A stretch of 64,000 nucleotides of DNA from the NCBI GenBank assembly GCA_036630325.1, contig CP142728.1, positions 806,001-870,000 on the forward strand, read 5' to 3'. A program made the translations under genes and the position numbers. The DNA comes from Vairimorpha necatrix. Taxonomy: Eukaryota. The notes below the pieces were generated by a model that worked only from the letters and a program-made list of their open reading frames with translations, searched no databases and was not told the DNA's origin. Below, one piece after another: positions 12,990-23,658 of this stretch (positions within the stretch are counted from its first letter, which is position 1; each line of letters starts with the position of its first letter).

Positions 12990-14661
12990 TATGATATACC
13001 AAATATCATAAAATATATTTCTAAAATCTTTCCCTCCAAATTCGACCCGTTTTCCCTCCAACATTTATTTAAATATTTTATCTGGAGAGAGGTACGGAGT
13101 TATGGAAAGAATATCTAAAATTAATAATAAAAACATTTTAAATACTTTCCTCAGTGGTGGATACCACAAGTTAAATTTAACGAAGATGTATCCTATACTA
13201 AACAAAAGGATAAAGACTTATGAATCCAAAGACACGATCAGCTTTGAGATCAAAGTCAAGGGCCTAAAAGAGCCTATTACAAAACAGTTAGAAATAATAA
13301 ACTGTATTTTAGGAACCAATATGTTAGAATGGTTCAGAAAATTTGAAGAATTGAGTAAGAAACTAGCATGGAGCGAGGAAGAGAATCTACTAGTACTACA
13401 AAATTTAGTGGAAACCAAAGAATGGAAGGGAAAGGACCGTTGTAAGGCCTATTCAAAGGGTAGGGACGAAATATTAAGCATTGCCTACCCACATACTATA
13501 TTTTCAAATGCAGGAGTTAAATTATTAGAAATTAAACAATCTAATTATGTTTTAATAGAAGATATGATAAATGATATTTATGCCAAACTTGAAGTGGCAT
13601 CTTATTTAGAAAAATATACTAAGAAGGAATATGAGAGAAGATTTAATGAAATCTGTTTAAATGCTTTATCTGAAGATACAAAAGATTATGTTCTGAAATT
13701 AAATACTACGAATGTTAAAGACATTATTTATCTATTGGTAAACTTGGAGAAAGAATTAGTAGCTAGAATTCGAAATGATGTAGTCTTAATAAGGAATAAC
13801 CGAGTCGAGGTCAAAGAACCAAACCATACAGAGGATGGGAATAGATGGTGTAGTTTGCATCGATCAAGAACCCATAATACTAGTGATTGCTTTAAGAAAA
13901 ATAAAAGTAATAAAAATAGGAATAACTACATGAAAACAGATGAAGCTAAGCGAAATAAAGATCTGTCAAGGCAAAAATGCTTTTCCATAAGTGAGGAAAA
14001 TAAAAGCATTGAAATTTCCGAAAAAATAGACCACTACATCAAAAACAGCGAGTTACATAAAGAGAAAGGGGTTAACGCAGATGAAATTAAAGAAGCGAGC
14101 ACAGATACCGCTATAAAACCACAAGCCAAGGAAGTTAAAAACGAGAAACTCGAAGAGATAATAGTAAGAGCTAAAAAATCAACCCACGGGGACAATGTAT
14201 TGAAAGACAATATAGAAAACAGCGAAGGTGAAAATAAGCAAAATCGCGAGAAAATTCTGTATAAAGTAAAATACTTTGGTAAACCAAAGCTATTGAAGAC
14301 TTTTAAAACAAGAAAGAGGATGATAGCTACATTGGATAATATAAACACCAAAAATAGGTTAGAAACTATAAATAATGATGTTAATAATACAATAGAAGAG
14401 CCTCCAGATATAGTATCTAATATAATACCGGGATATGAAAAATTGGTTGATAGTAAACTTTGAAGCAAAAGGAGAGGCAGATTATGATATACCAAATATC
14501 ATAAAATATATTTCAAAAATCTTTCCCTCCAAATTCGACCCGTTTTCCCTCCAACATTTATTTAAATATTTTATCTGGAGAGGGGTACGGAGTAATGGAA
14601 AGAAGATCTAATATTAATAATAAAAATATTTTAAATACTTTCCTCAGTGGTGGATACCACA
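12990..14661 (+). mobile_element. Gag-only LTR element (TR-GAG-like), 179-bp LTRs, 5-bp TSD TATGT
   Basis: Direct repeats 12990-13168 and 14483-14661; TATGT at 12985-12989 and 14662-14666; purine tract AAAAGGAGAGG before the 3' LTR; single ORF and no pol. Confidence 0.9.
13102..14463 (+). CDS. Gag-like protein, 453 aa, with CHHC-type zinc knuckle
   Basis: Open ORF starting inside the 5' LTR; EWFRKFEE..LAW capsid-like segment; WCSLHRSRTHNTSDC (C-x2-H-x4-H-x4-C). Confidence 0.8.
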   Translation: MERISKINNKNILNTFLSGGYHKLNLTKMYPILNKRIKTYESKDTISFEIKVKGLKEPITKQLEIINCILGTNMLEWFRKFEELSKKLAWSEEENLLVLQNLVETKEWKGKDRCKAYSKGRDEILSIAYPHTIFSNAGVKLLEIKQSNYVLIEDMINDIYAKLEVASYLEKYTKKEYERRFNEICLNALSEDTKDYVLKLNTTNVKDIIYLLVNLEKELVARIRNDVVLIRNNRVEVKEPNHTEDGNRWCSLHRSRTHNTSDCFKKNKSNKNRNNYMKTDEAKRNKDLSRQKCFSISEENKSIEISEKIDHYIKNSELHKEKGVNADEIKEASTDTAIKPQAKEVKNEKLEEIIVRAKKSTHGDNVLKDNIENSEGENKQNREKILYKVKYFGKPKLLKTFKTRKRMIATLDNINTKNRLETINNDVNNTIEEPPDIVSNIIPGYEKLVDSKL

Positions 14662-16189
14662 TATGTAAAGACAACCTAATCATGGTGCAATCCTGCCCCC
14701 AGTAAAAAACCCCCCGATGGAAATATAGAATATCTATAACAACAGATGGTGAGATAAATTCGTAGAGGATAAGAATTACACTATCTCAAAAATAAATGAT
14801 ATCATCGATATGACACAAAGCAAAAAGACCTTCGCGGGTTTGAATTTGTCGGATAAATTTTTCGAAATTAAAATAGAACCTAAGGAAAAATTAAAACAGC
14901 CTTTTATTTTAGAAACAATTTGTATCAAAATACTAGAATGCCACAAGGTTTTAAAAATTTACCTGCAATTTTTCATAAGACATGGACAACATCTTATGCG
15001 ATATCATGAAAACTAAATATCAGGTCTATATAGACGACATAATTGTATATGGTCAACTGAAAAAGAACTGATCAGAGCTTTTTAGAAGTTCTACAATAAG
15101 TTGTAGAAAAAAAATGCATTATAAATGTACAAAAGTAAACTTTTAGGATCTAAGATTAACGAGTCAACTCAAAGACTAAAAAGAGAACATCAGAGAAAGA
15201 TTTTATATTTTAAAACACCAAAAATAAGAAAATCCTACAAAAATTTCTAGGATTTGCCAATTACCATAGGAAATATATCGCACGCTAGCAACAATTTCGC
15301 ATTTATCATATGATGCACTTGTAGGTCTTTAAAACTATGATTAATTTAAATAACAAAGAAAGTGAGACGCATTTTGAAACATAAAGCTACAGATAAATTC
15401 TGTCATGGCGACAAACATAGAAGACTTTACAAAACTTATTGTTCTTACAATAGATACTTCTAATGCTTTAATTAAGGCGGCCTTTTAGAATTAATAGTTG
15501 GTGAACTTATGATTATTGATCTGGGATCTAAAAAACAGCCTGAAGCGAATAAAAATACTATATAACTGAGAAGGAATATCTAGCAACGGCTTAGTGAATG
15601 TATCACTATAAACTATATCCTGAATGACCTGGTTTTAAACTAATAATTATGTACACAGCCCTCGCTAAACATATATTTTATAATATGGAGTTAGAACATG
15701 AGGGGAAAACTCCAAAGCTTTGGTTCCTCAAAACAAGAAAAACACAAAATTCATTGAGGCTGATGTATTAAATAGAACTTATAAAACGTCAAACCAAACT
15801 AACAAATTGAAGTGCCCAAAAGATGAGCTCAATAATTTTTAGATACACAGTATTATTAAGTAAATAACACAAAAACAAAGAACTTATCGCCGGTCGAAGA
15901 TAGGCCAGCGCTTCCTGAGGATGCATATAAAAAGCTTCAAACCATGGCGGAAGAGATACAATACTTCATGCTATAAAAAGAATATATCAATGGCCCAAAT
16001 AAAACAAATCAAATGTTCAATATCTTAAACATCGTAAACCTTCAATGTATTCAAAAAAAAACACAAGGAGAAGAAAAAATGTACATTACCGTTTGGAACC
16101 CGCACTAAAAATTTGAAACGACCCTTTATACAAAAAAACCAATATTTGAAAACAGATGAGTTTTTTTACATGAAAAAAAATTAAAGTTC

Positions 16190-16560
16190 ATTTAAAAGAA
16201 TTGAATAATGCATAAATGGCGGGTGTCTTACTTGTTTTGTTTGCTGTATAAATGCGGCTATTCTCCTTGAAGTAATACAAGATATTTTATCATCATGTTC
16301 TATTGTGATCACTGATCAATGGAGAACATATGTTGCTAGCTAGACAAATCGCGCTGATAAGCACAGGACTGTAAATTACGTCGTCGATTCCGTAAACTTT
16401 TATGATCCCGAGACACAATACCAAACAATGTAGAATTTGTTTTCGTTTCAAGAGATATATTCGATAGGAACGGAATAAATAGGACGAACACTATGAGTAC
16501 CTTCTATAGTTTCTCTGTCTCAAAAATACTAAAAATCGATGTATAAATCAAGATTTTTTT
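16190..16560 (+). pseudogene. Merlin/ISXO2-like transposase remnant
   Basis: Degenerate IVITDQWRTY, TVNY and DPETQYQT..ENLF motifs parallel the HSDMWKAY/VNY/DPNTGVHTNTIEGNW of the intact Merlin at 53-54 kb. Confidence 0.5.
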
Positions 16561-17165
16561 TTGGTTCAAAATAAATTGTAAAGTCTCTTTATATAAATTT
16601 TTTTTATTTTAATGCGGGGTTCAGCCGGCCATGTACCGATTTAAGTATATTTAGAGATTCTACAATGTTGGATTTTAATATCGAATCAATATTTGATTTT
16701 GTAGTATCTTTCTGATTTAATTTAATTTAAATTCTAATTCGTATAATTATATGTACACAGATCTATAGCTATCATTTCTTTGTTTTCATTCTTTAATAAA
16801 TTGAAAAATGATACGAAATAAACAATAAACATTCATTGTGTGTTGTATGTTACAAAAATAACATACATATAGTTACAACATTAGAGATTCATCAGAAATT
16901 TTGACATAAAAATATCATGCTGAAAGATCTCAATAATTAACTAAAATATGTTGTGTCAACTAGCACAATAATTTCTTTAAACAAAATTAAGGATATATAC
17001 GGCCAATATCAACTAGAAGCCGGAAATTGTTTTTTATAACATTTCTTATTTTACTTTTGTTATCATTATAAAAAACATGACTGTCATATTTGTCCTTTTA
17101 AATTTATATTTAAATTTTTTTATTGTATTAATAAATTTGTTTTTTTTTTTATGTTTGTGTGCGAT

Positions 17166-17277
17166 ATTGTTTAGGTTCCAGTGCAAAATTGTTTAAGTTT
17201 GTTTGCAATATTGTTTGAGTTTGTTTGTAATATTGTGAAATTGTTTGAGTTTATATGTAAAATTGTTTAAGTTTGTT
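17166..17277 (+). repeat. Imperfect 22-bp tandem repeat (about 5 copies) in the EnP1-like promoter region
   Basis: Units ATTGTTT(A/G)(A/G)GTT... at 17166, 17188, 17210, 17240 and 17262. Confidence 0.75.
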
Positions 17278-17340
17278 GATTAAAAAGTTATTTAAACAAA
17301 CAAATAAAACTATAAATAAAGAAAAAAATTTAACCCCAAT

Positions 17341-18777
17341 ATGTTTTTCGTGAACTTGCTCATTGTTTTCATTAAAACAATAAGACCATTTACTGCTGTC
17401 ATTGCAGAAGGAACTTGCGAACAAATACCCGAAGATATTTGTAAGGCTGTAGGTAGACGAGGGGTTGTAGCTAATTCTACAAATATCAATGCCATGGTAA
17501 ACTTATTGAATAAAATGAACATTGAAAAGGCCTATGTATTTGGGTGGGAAGATTGCCCCGAGACCATGGTATTGTATTCTAATGGAGCTCTTGTCCCATA
17601 CATCAAAGACAGAATCAGTAGTAAATACGCAATGTGCATAGGAGATTGTCCATGTAAACCTAAAATACTAGGGGAATCTACTAAAGAATGTTGTGTTTTT
17701 AAGGAAGAGAGACCTAAATCATGTTGCGGAACAAAGAATGTAGAATCCAAGACCTGTTGTAGTACAGATAAAAGGGCCGAAAGTCTATGCTCGTGCAATC
17801 AGATGCTAGTCAACAAATCTGGTTTTACAGTGAAAAGCCAACCTCACGTGCCGTGTTGTAATACGCAAGAAACAACATCATTCTGTAACATTAAAGATCA
17901 TGAAGGTAAAATGACAGAATCCAAAAAGTGTTTTCTAACTCAAGAATCAGCGCCTTGTCAATTTGAAAGATATAAAGGTTCATGTTGTTACATTGACAAG
18001 AGATCGTGCTGTAAACAGACACGACCGAGAGCTTGCACCAATGATCGTAAAAATAATTGTAGATGTCATTTAAATAAAAGGCCGTGCTGCAGTTATGATT
18101 ATAAACAGCATTGTTTTAAAACAAAAAGATGTTGTATTGATAAAAACTCATACAATGATAATAATCATAAGCGACGACCTTGTGATAATCGCTCATATTG
18201 CTTATCCTCAAGATCATGTTGTGATAATGAACACTACGAAGAATCTCATGGATCAAGACAAGAAAGCGAGTCTTCTTCAGACATTTATATTCAGAGCTCG
18301 GAAGAATATTGTGACGTGAAAATAGATAATTGCCTAGTACCTCCTACTATCGAACATAATGAATATTTTCAAGAATTTTTTTATGCCGATGAAGAAAGAA
18401 AAAATAAAACGACGACAATAAAATCAAAATCTTTTGAATTTAAGACAGTCGAAGATGGAAATATTTCTTTAGCAGAAAATGAACACACATATCAACACAC
18501 AAAAAAAGAAATAGTAATTGACAAATGTGATGGTAAACTGTTGAAAATTCCTAGAAAATTATATGATCCATTCCTACTCTATCAAATTACTAGTAAACTC
18601 AGTTCCAAGCATCGTATGCCCGTGTGTCTATATATCACTGACGATGATTTATTATTTGTGATGATAAATCATAAGATGTATCACGTTGACATAACATGTA
18701 GAAAGTTAGTACTTAAAGAAGTATGTAATAAAGATAGGGAAATGCTTCAATTGCATCTCATAGGATTTAGAAATTAA
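17341..18777 (+). CDS. EnP1: Cysteine-rich spore wall/anchoring disk protein, EnP1 family
   Basis: Hydrophobic signal-like N-terminus and CCCC motif just upstream of the ATG. NSTNINAMVNLLNKMNIEKAYVFGW..MVLYSNGALVP..KYAMCIGDCPC and VCLYITDDDLLFV match my recollection of the Encephalitozoon EnP1 N- and C-terminal blocks. Confidence 0.8.
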   Translation: MFFVNLLIVFIKTIRPFTAVIAEGTCEQIPEDICKAVGRRGVVANSTNINAMVNLLNKMNIEKAYVFGWEDCPETMVLYSNGALVPYIKDRISSKYAMCIGDCPCKPKILGESTKECCVFKEERPKSCCGTKNVESKTCCSTDKRAESLCSCNQMLVNKSGFTVKSQPHVPCCNTQETTSFCNIKDHEGKMTESKKCFLTQESAPCQFERYKGSCCYIDKRSCCKQTRPRACTNDRKNNCRCHLNKRPCCSYDYKQHCFKTKRCCIDKNSYNDNNHKRRPCDNRSYCLSSRSCCDNEHYEESHGSRQESESSSDIYIQSSEEYCDVKIDNCLVPPTIEHNEYFQEFFYADEERKNKTTTIKSKSFEFKTVEDGNISLAENEHTYQHTKKEIVIDKCDGKLLKIPRKLYDPFLLYQITSKLSSKHRMPVCLYITDDDLLFVMINHKMYHVDITCRKLVLKEVCNKDREMLQLHLIGFRN

Positions 18778-19540
18778 ATAAATACTTAGTGTAACATATT
18801 TTCTCAATACACAAAAAAACACTTTTCTTTAACACTTCTTTTTTTTCTGATATATTACTATTAAAGTAATGACTTAAAAGTTTGAATTTGAATCTTATAA
18901 TAATGTGCCTTTGTAAAGACCTCATATCATTTACAAGCGTGAAATATGCATTATTTATTTTTTATGAAAATCATTATTAATAGAGTTTATTTCTAATTGA
19001 TATTTGCTCGAACAAACATAATAATACTAATCTACATAAAAACTTCGTTTAGCATATTTTTACTAAAATTTATCTTAATCATATTTTTTTTTTGGCTTAT
19101 ATACTTATAAAATCATTTTTTGTTGTAAAAGGTCTACGTATTACTAAACGTAAAATTTAATGAGTTTAGAAAGATTTAGAAATGATATATTTATTTTATA
19201 TCATCAAATTGTATTTTGTAATTGACAATTCGTTATGTACGCTAATATATCAATTAAATTTAAATTTTATGTTTTAATTCGTTTTGAATGAGTTCTACGA
19301 CATATTTTATGATATATTTCGTAGGGACCAGGGTATACATCATATCATGAGACTTAAAAGCATCGGCATTAGAGTATAGTTTTTTGTACTTAAAAATTGG
19401 GATATGAAACATTTGGATTCATTTCACCTTTAGATCATTATTACTATAAGTCACATCTATGTCAGATTAACAAACTCTGATTAAACTTTCTATTTTTATA
19501 CAAACCCATTTTTGTGGCTATAAAGTCTTTTATTTATGAG

Positions 19541-20280
19541 TGTTACAGATAATTGTAAGTTACAGGTCAAATCTATTACAATTTTATTTGTAACATCCCC
19601 GCGCTAAATTTTGAACTGGGTGTTGTAATTATCTTTACTACTTTCTACCCTACTACTTAGCTCTCAAAATAAAGGATCATTTTTATGAAAATTAGCCATC
19701 GTCTGCGCTTTACACTTTCGCGTCTTACTATGTTTTATTGTATTGGTCTTTACGGTACTTTATTTCCCTGTTATAAAAAAGATCTATGGGCATGAGATTT
19801 TTCTTTACACATGTCTTTAAAACAATAAGACGGATTTTATCCGTGTATCCCATTCTTTAAAACAAAATAGTCTTTTTTGATTTCTTCTTTTTTTAAATCT
19901 ATTTGGATTTTCTTACACTGGTTGTTAGCCATCTTGCACACACAGCTTTGAGTGTGAATAATAGGAATACCACTACGCTACATCTGGACATGTCTCATAG
20001 ATATATAATTTCCTCATACTGTTTCTTCGCTACTCTCTATAGCCCAACTACGTTTTCTCCTATCCGATTCCTTTGATTGATGCAATTCATTACATTCTTT
20101 TCGTTTTGACAACCAACCATCCCTATTCTATCATTACTGCATTTTTTTACGTCTCATGCCTTGGCAGAACTTTCAACCTCTTCCTTTGTTTATGTTTTGG
20201 TTCAATCATTTTTCATTCTCCACCATGTTACAGATAATTGTAAGTTACAGGTCAAATCTATTACAATTTTATTTGTAACA
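19541..20280 (-). mobile_element. TRIM (740 bp) with identical 55-bp LTRs, TSD ATGAG
   Basis: TGTTACA...TGTAACA repeats at 19541-19595 and 20226-20280; ATGAG at 19536-19540 and 20281-20285; PBS TGGTGGAGAATG; no long ORF. Confidence 0.9.
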
Positions 20281-20360
20281 ATGAGATTCTTCTCCTCCAC
20301 TTCCTTACTCACCTTAAAAATTGGGGTAATAAAAATATAAAAATATCAACATCCCTCCGC

Positions 20361-23138
20361 TTAAAGGATGGGGTCATCAATGACAAGTTTGAGTTGAGAT
20401 ATATGCCTTTTAAACTTTCTTTTACCGGTGTCTATCATGTACGTATTACCCTCTAAACATTCATGAATTTTACCCCTTAATTTAAATCTAGGTTGTCCCT
20501 TCTTTATTATTCCTTCTTCTTTGATAATTACTATATCGCCCATATTTAATTTAATTTCTTTTGGTTTCCTCATTTGGGCTGTATTATATGCAACAATGTT
20601 CTTAATTTGTGCATTTTTTAATTCATCCGTATTTTCTAACGAGAAAGCTTCATTTGGCGTCATCCTCGTAGCCGAATGATAGCTATTATTGTATATCTCT
20701 ATTCCTCTGTTAACCTTTTCAGTAAGTAATTTTTCCTTTTTATTTTTATAGATTAAATCTTGTAAAGTACGATTAAACCTTTCTACACGTCCATTTGACT
20801 GGTGATGGAAAGGTGTGGTATAATGTAATTCTATTTTATTTGCTTGGCAAAACATTTTTAACTTACTACTGAGATTTTCTTTCGATTGATCCAGGATCAA
20901 TGTCTTCAAAGGCATAGATGAACTTATTTCTTTTAGAAAGTTAACTACATTTTCATCTTTTCTCTTATTTATCACTTTAGCAAATCCTTTTCTCGTAAAA
21001 TAATCAATCCCAGTTATAATGTATTGTGTGTTTATTGGACCTATTATATCTATAGCAATTTTTTCTCCCTTTGCATACGAGGTAACAAATATGTGTTGTT
21101 TAGATTTTTTAGAATTGTACTCGTTGCATGTTTCACACGAATCTATAATTTTTCTAATCAATTTTTGTGAATTTTTTATATTAATACCTCTTTTATACAT
21201 CTCATATTTTACTGATTGTATCCCACGGTGAAGTAACTCATTATGAATTTCGCGAATCATCTGAAGCATTTTCTTTTCGTCTATTTCTTCACATTGATTT
21301 ATCGATCCTTCGTGTAAATTTAATCTCTTGTCGTTTGTTGCCAATCCAGAATTTCGACTTAGGCAATCCACGTGAGGAATTTCTTTACCTCGTCTATATC
21401 TAATTCTAAAATTAAACAATGACATTCTATCTAGCCATCTTTGTATTCTCAGAGACTTAATTTGACCCTTATTTAATGATTCTAACGCTTTATGATCTGT
21501 GATAATTTCAAAATGTGTACCGTATAAAAAATATCGAAAGTGTTCCATTGCCCATAACATGGCCAGACATTCCTTTTCGCTGATACTATATTTAATCTCA
21601 TGTTCTAATAACCTTCTCGATGCAAATGCAATTGGTTTTTCATCTCCATCAAAATTTTGCGAGAGTATTGCAGCTATACCTTCATTTGAAGTGTCGGTCT
21701 CTAGTTTAAATTCTTTTGACCAATCTGGCTGAAATAGTCCTACCGTATTAATAAAAATTCTTTTAACTTCTTTAAAAGCGTTCTCTTCTATATTCGTCCA
21801 TTTGAATTCTTTCTTATTTTTCAATAATTCATACAAAGGACCACATACAATTGAACAGTTTTTAATGAATTTTCTATAATAGTTTATGGCACCTAAAAAT
21901 TCTTGAACCTGTTTTTTGTCCTTAGGTGGTTTTAAATCCTCAATAGCTTGCATCTTATCTATGAGCGGAATAATGATGTTGTGTTTAATTTTGTATCCCA
22001 GGAATAGAACTTCGGATTGTCTAAATACACACTTTTCCTCATTGATTTTGAGACCATTTTCTAGTAAAAGTTTTCGAATTCTATTATATGATTCGTCATG
22101 CTCTTTTGCAGTTTTTCCAAATATTAGAATATCATCTACGTAGCAGAAACAACTTTTACCAATTTCATCTCTCAAAACTTTATCCATTTTTCGTTGAAAT
22201 ATTGCTGGAGCATTCTTAAACCCCTGTGGCATTACTTTCCACTCATATAATTTATGTTTATATCTGAATGCTGTTTTATATCTATCTTTCGGTGCCAAAG
22301 GAATTTGAAAAAATCCATCCTTCAAATCCAATTTAGAAAATACTGTCATGTCTCTTAAATTACAAAGGATTTCATCTATTCTTGGTAAAGAATAATTATC
22401 CTGTTCTACCAACCTATTAAGTGCTATTAAATTGGTTGTAACCCTTACAGTGCCATCTGGCTTTATCACGGGTCTCAAATTACTAACCCACGTTGATTTT
22501 GAGTTTTGTATATATCCCTTTTCTAATAATTTATTAATAGCAATTTCAATTCCTACTTCCAATTTCTTTGGTAAATTATATATCTTTTCGATCACTTTTG
22601 AGCCTTCAGGTGTTTTGATTTCACATGTATAACACAGTTTCTCAATATTATTAAGTCTAATTAATGTTTCTCTACCAAATAGGATTTTTTCAGTTCGTAC
22701 TTTTGGCAATATATAAAACTTTGATCTATATAAATGTCCTTTATATGTATAATTTAATATAACATGTCTTTTTATCACAAATGAATCTTCCAAACATGTC
22801 CAAAATCTTAATTTCCTTGTGTTATTATGTGTTAAAAGGTTGAATCTTGCTACACTAGCACTACTTATAAAATTATAATTTGCACCTGTATCAAACAATA
22901 CTGGAACCTTCTCTCCACAAATGTAAACTGAATTTTCTTTATTTAATAAATCTCTAAGTTCTTCAGTAATTTCATTAATGTTTCTCCTAAGATTTTCACT
23001 TCTCTTTGGCTTTCGACAATCTCTAGCATAATGGCCTAAGCTATTACAGTTGTAACATTTAACTGTTTTCTTGCCCTGAAGTTTAAGAGTATCAATTTTT
23101 TCAATCATCAATTCGGTGTAATTCAGCTGTACACTCAC
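20361..23138 (-). CDS. pol: Zinc knuckle-protease-RT-RNaseH-integrase polyprotein (open, 925 aa)
   Basis: CYNCNSLGHYARDC, LFDTGA, YVDD, LETDTS, IAIDIIGP, GRVERFNRT in gypsy domain order. Confidence 0.95.
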   Translation of the reverse strand: MSVQLNYTELMIEKIDTLKLQGKKTVKCYNCNSLGHYARDCRKPKRSENLRRNINEITEELRDLLNKENSVYICGEKVPVLFDTGANYNFISSASVARFNLLTHNNTRKLRFWTCLEDSFVIKRHVILNYTYKGHLYRSKFYILPKVRTEKILFGRETLIRLNNIEKLCYTCEIKTPEGSKVIEKIYNLPKKLEVGIEIAINKLLEKGYIQNSKSTWVSNLRPVIKPDGTVRVTTNLIALNRLVEQDNYSLPRIDEILCNLRDMTVFSKLDLKDGFFQIPLAPKDRYKTAFRYKHKLYEWKVMPQGFKNAPAIFQRKMDKVLRDEIGKSCFCYVDDILIFGKTAKEHDESYNRIRKLLLENGLKINEEKCVFRQSEVLFLGYKIKHNIIIPLIDKMQAIEDLKPPKDKKQVQEFLGAINYYRKFIKNCSIVCGPLYELLKNKKEFKWTNIEENAFKEVKRIFINTVGLFQPDWSKEFKLETDTSNEGIAAILSQNFDGDEKPIAFASRRLLEHEIKYSISEKECLAMLWAMEHFRYFLYGTHFEIITDHKALESLNKGQIKSLRIQRWLDRMSLFNFRIRYRRGKEIPHVDCLSRNSGLATNDKRLNLHEGSINQCEEIDEKKMLQMIREIHNELLHRGIQSVKYEMYKRGINIKNSQKLIRKIIDSCETCNEYNSKKSKQHIFVTSYAKGEKIAIDIIGPINTQYIITGIDYFTRKGFAKVINKRKDENVVNFLKEISSSMPLKTLILDQSKENLSSKLKMFCQANKIELHYTTPFHHQSNGRVERFNRTLQDLIYKNKKEKLLTEKVNRGIEIYNNSYHSATRMTPNEAFSLENTDELKNAQIKNIVAYNTAQMRKPKEIKLNMGDIVIIKEEGIIKKGQPRFKLRGKIHECLEGNTYMIDTGKRKFKRHISQLKLVIDDPIL

Positions 23139-23658
23139 TTTCCAATTTCTTGATTGTCTCTAGATTTTCATCTGTAATATCACTATTTGCCAATAAAAAT
23201 CTTTTTACATCGCCCATTCCTGTTTTAAGTCCAGCTGTAATTATATCAATGATTTCCTTTTTTGCAAGTTTATACTCTCTGGCCGAATCTCTAACTCTTT
23301 CTATAAACGTTGGTATAGTTTCTTCATCTTGTTGTACCATGCGATATAACTCCCCTATAGTAAGCCTTTTCTTTTCAAATTCGGTTCTAGCCAACTCTTT
23401 CCATTTTTCGTAATCCAACGAACACCTCCTTTTAGTGTCCATCAACTCATGGTGCCAATCTACTATAAAGTAGTCAGCTCTTCCAATCAAATATTCGATT
23501 TTCCTCTCATCGCACATTTCTCTGAAGAAGGTCATATTTTCTAACCTTCTACATTCACTCATCAAATTTTCCTTTTTGATGGTAGTTTCAACTGGCTTTG
23601 TTTTCATATTCTCCACCATTTTATTTATGAGATTCTTCTCCTCCACTTCCTTACTCAT
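23101..23658 (-). CDS. gag: Gag capsid region
   Basis: 185-aa ORF beginning in the 5' LTR; Q-x-ETIPTFIER motif; overlaps the pol frame. Confidence 0.8.
   Translation of the reverse strand: MSKEVEEKNLINKMVENMKTKPVETTIKKENLMSECRRLENMTFFREMCDERKIEYLIGRADYFIVDWHHELMDTKRRCSLDYEKWKELARTEFEKKRLTIGELYRMVQQDEETIPTFIERVRDSAREYKLAKKEIIDIITAGLKTGMGDVKRFLLANSDITDENLETIKKLESECTAELHRIDD

Larger units (their letters stand above)
12480..16110 (+). pseudogene. Heavily degraded Ty3/gypsy pol, interrupted by the gag-only element
   Basis: Protease-like VVDIGSNCNLIS (about 12550), RT-like IDDIIVY (about 15030), FLGFANY and TEKEYLA remnants; boundaries approximate. Confidence 0.6.
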
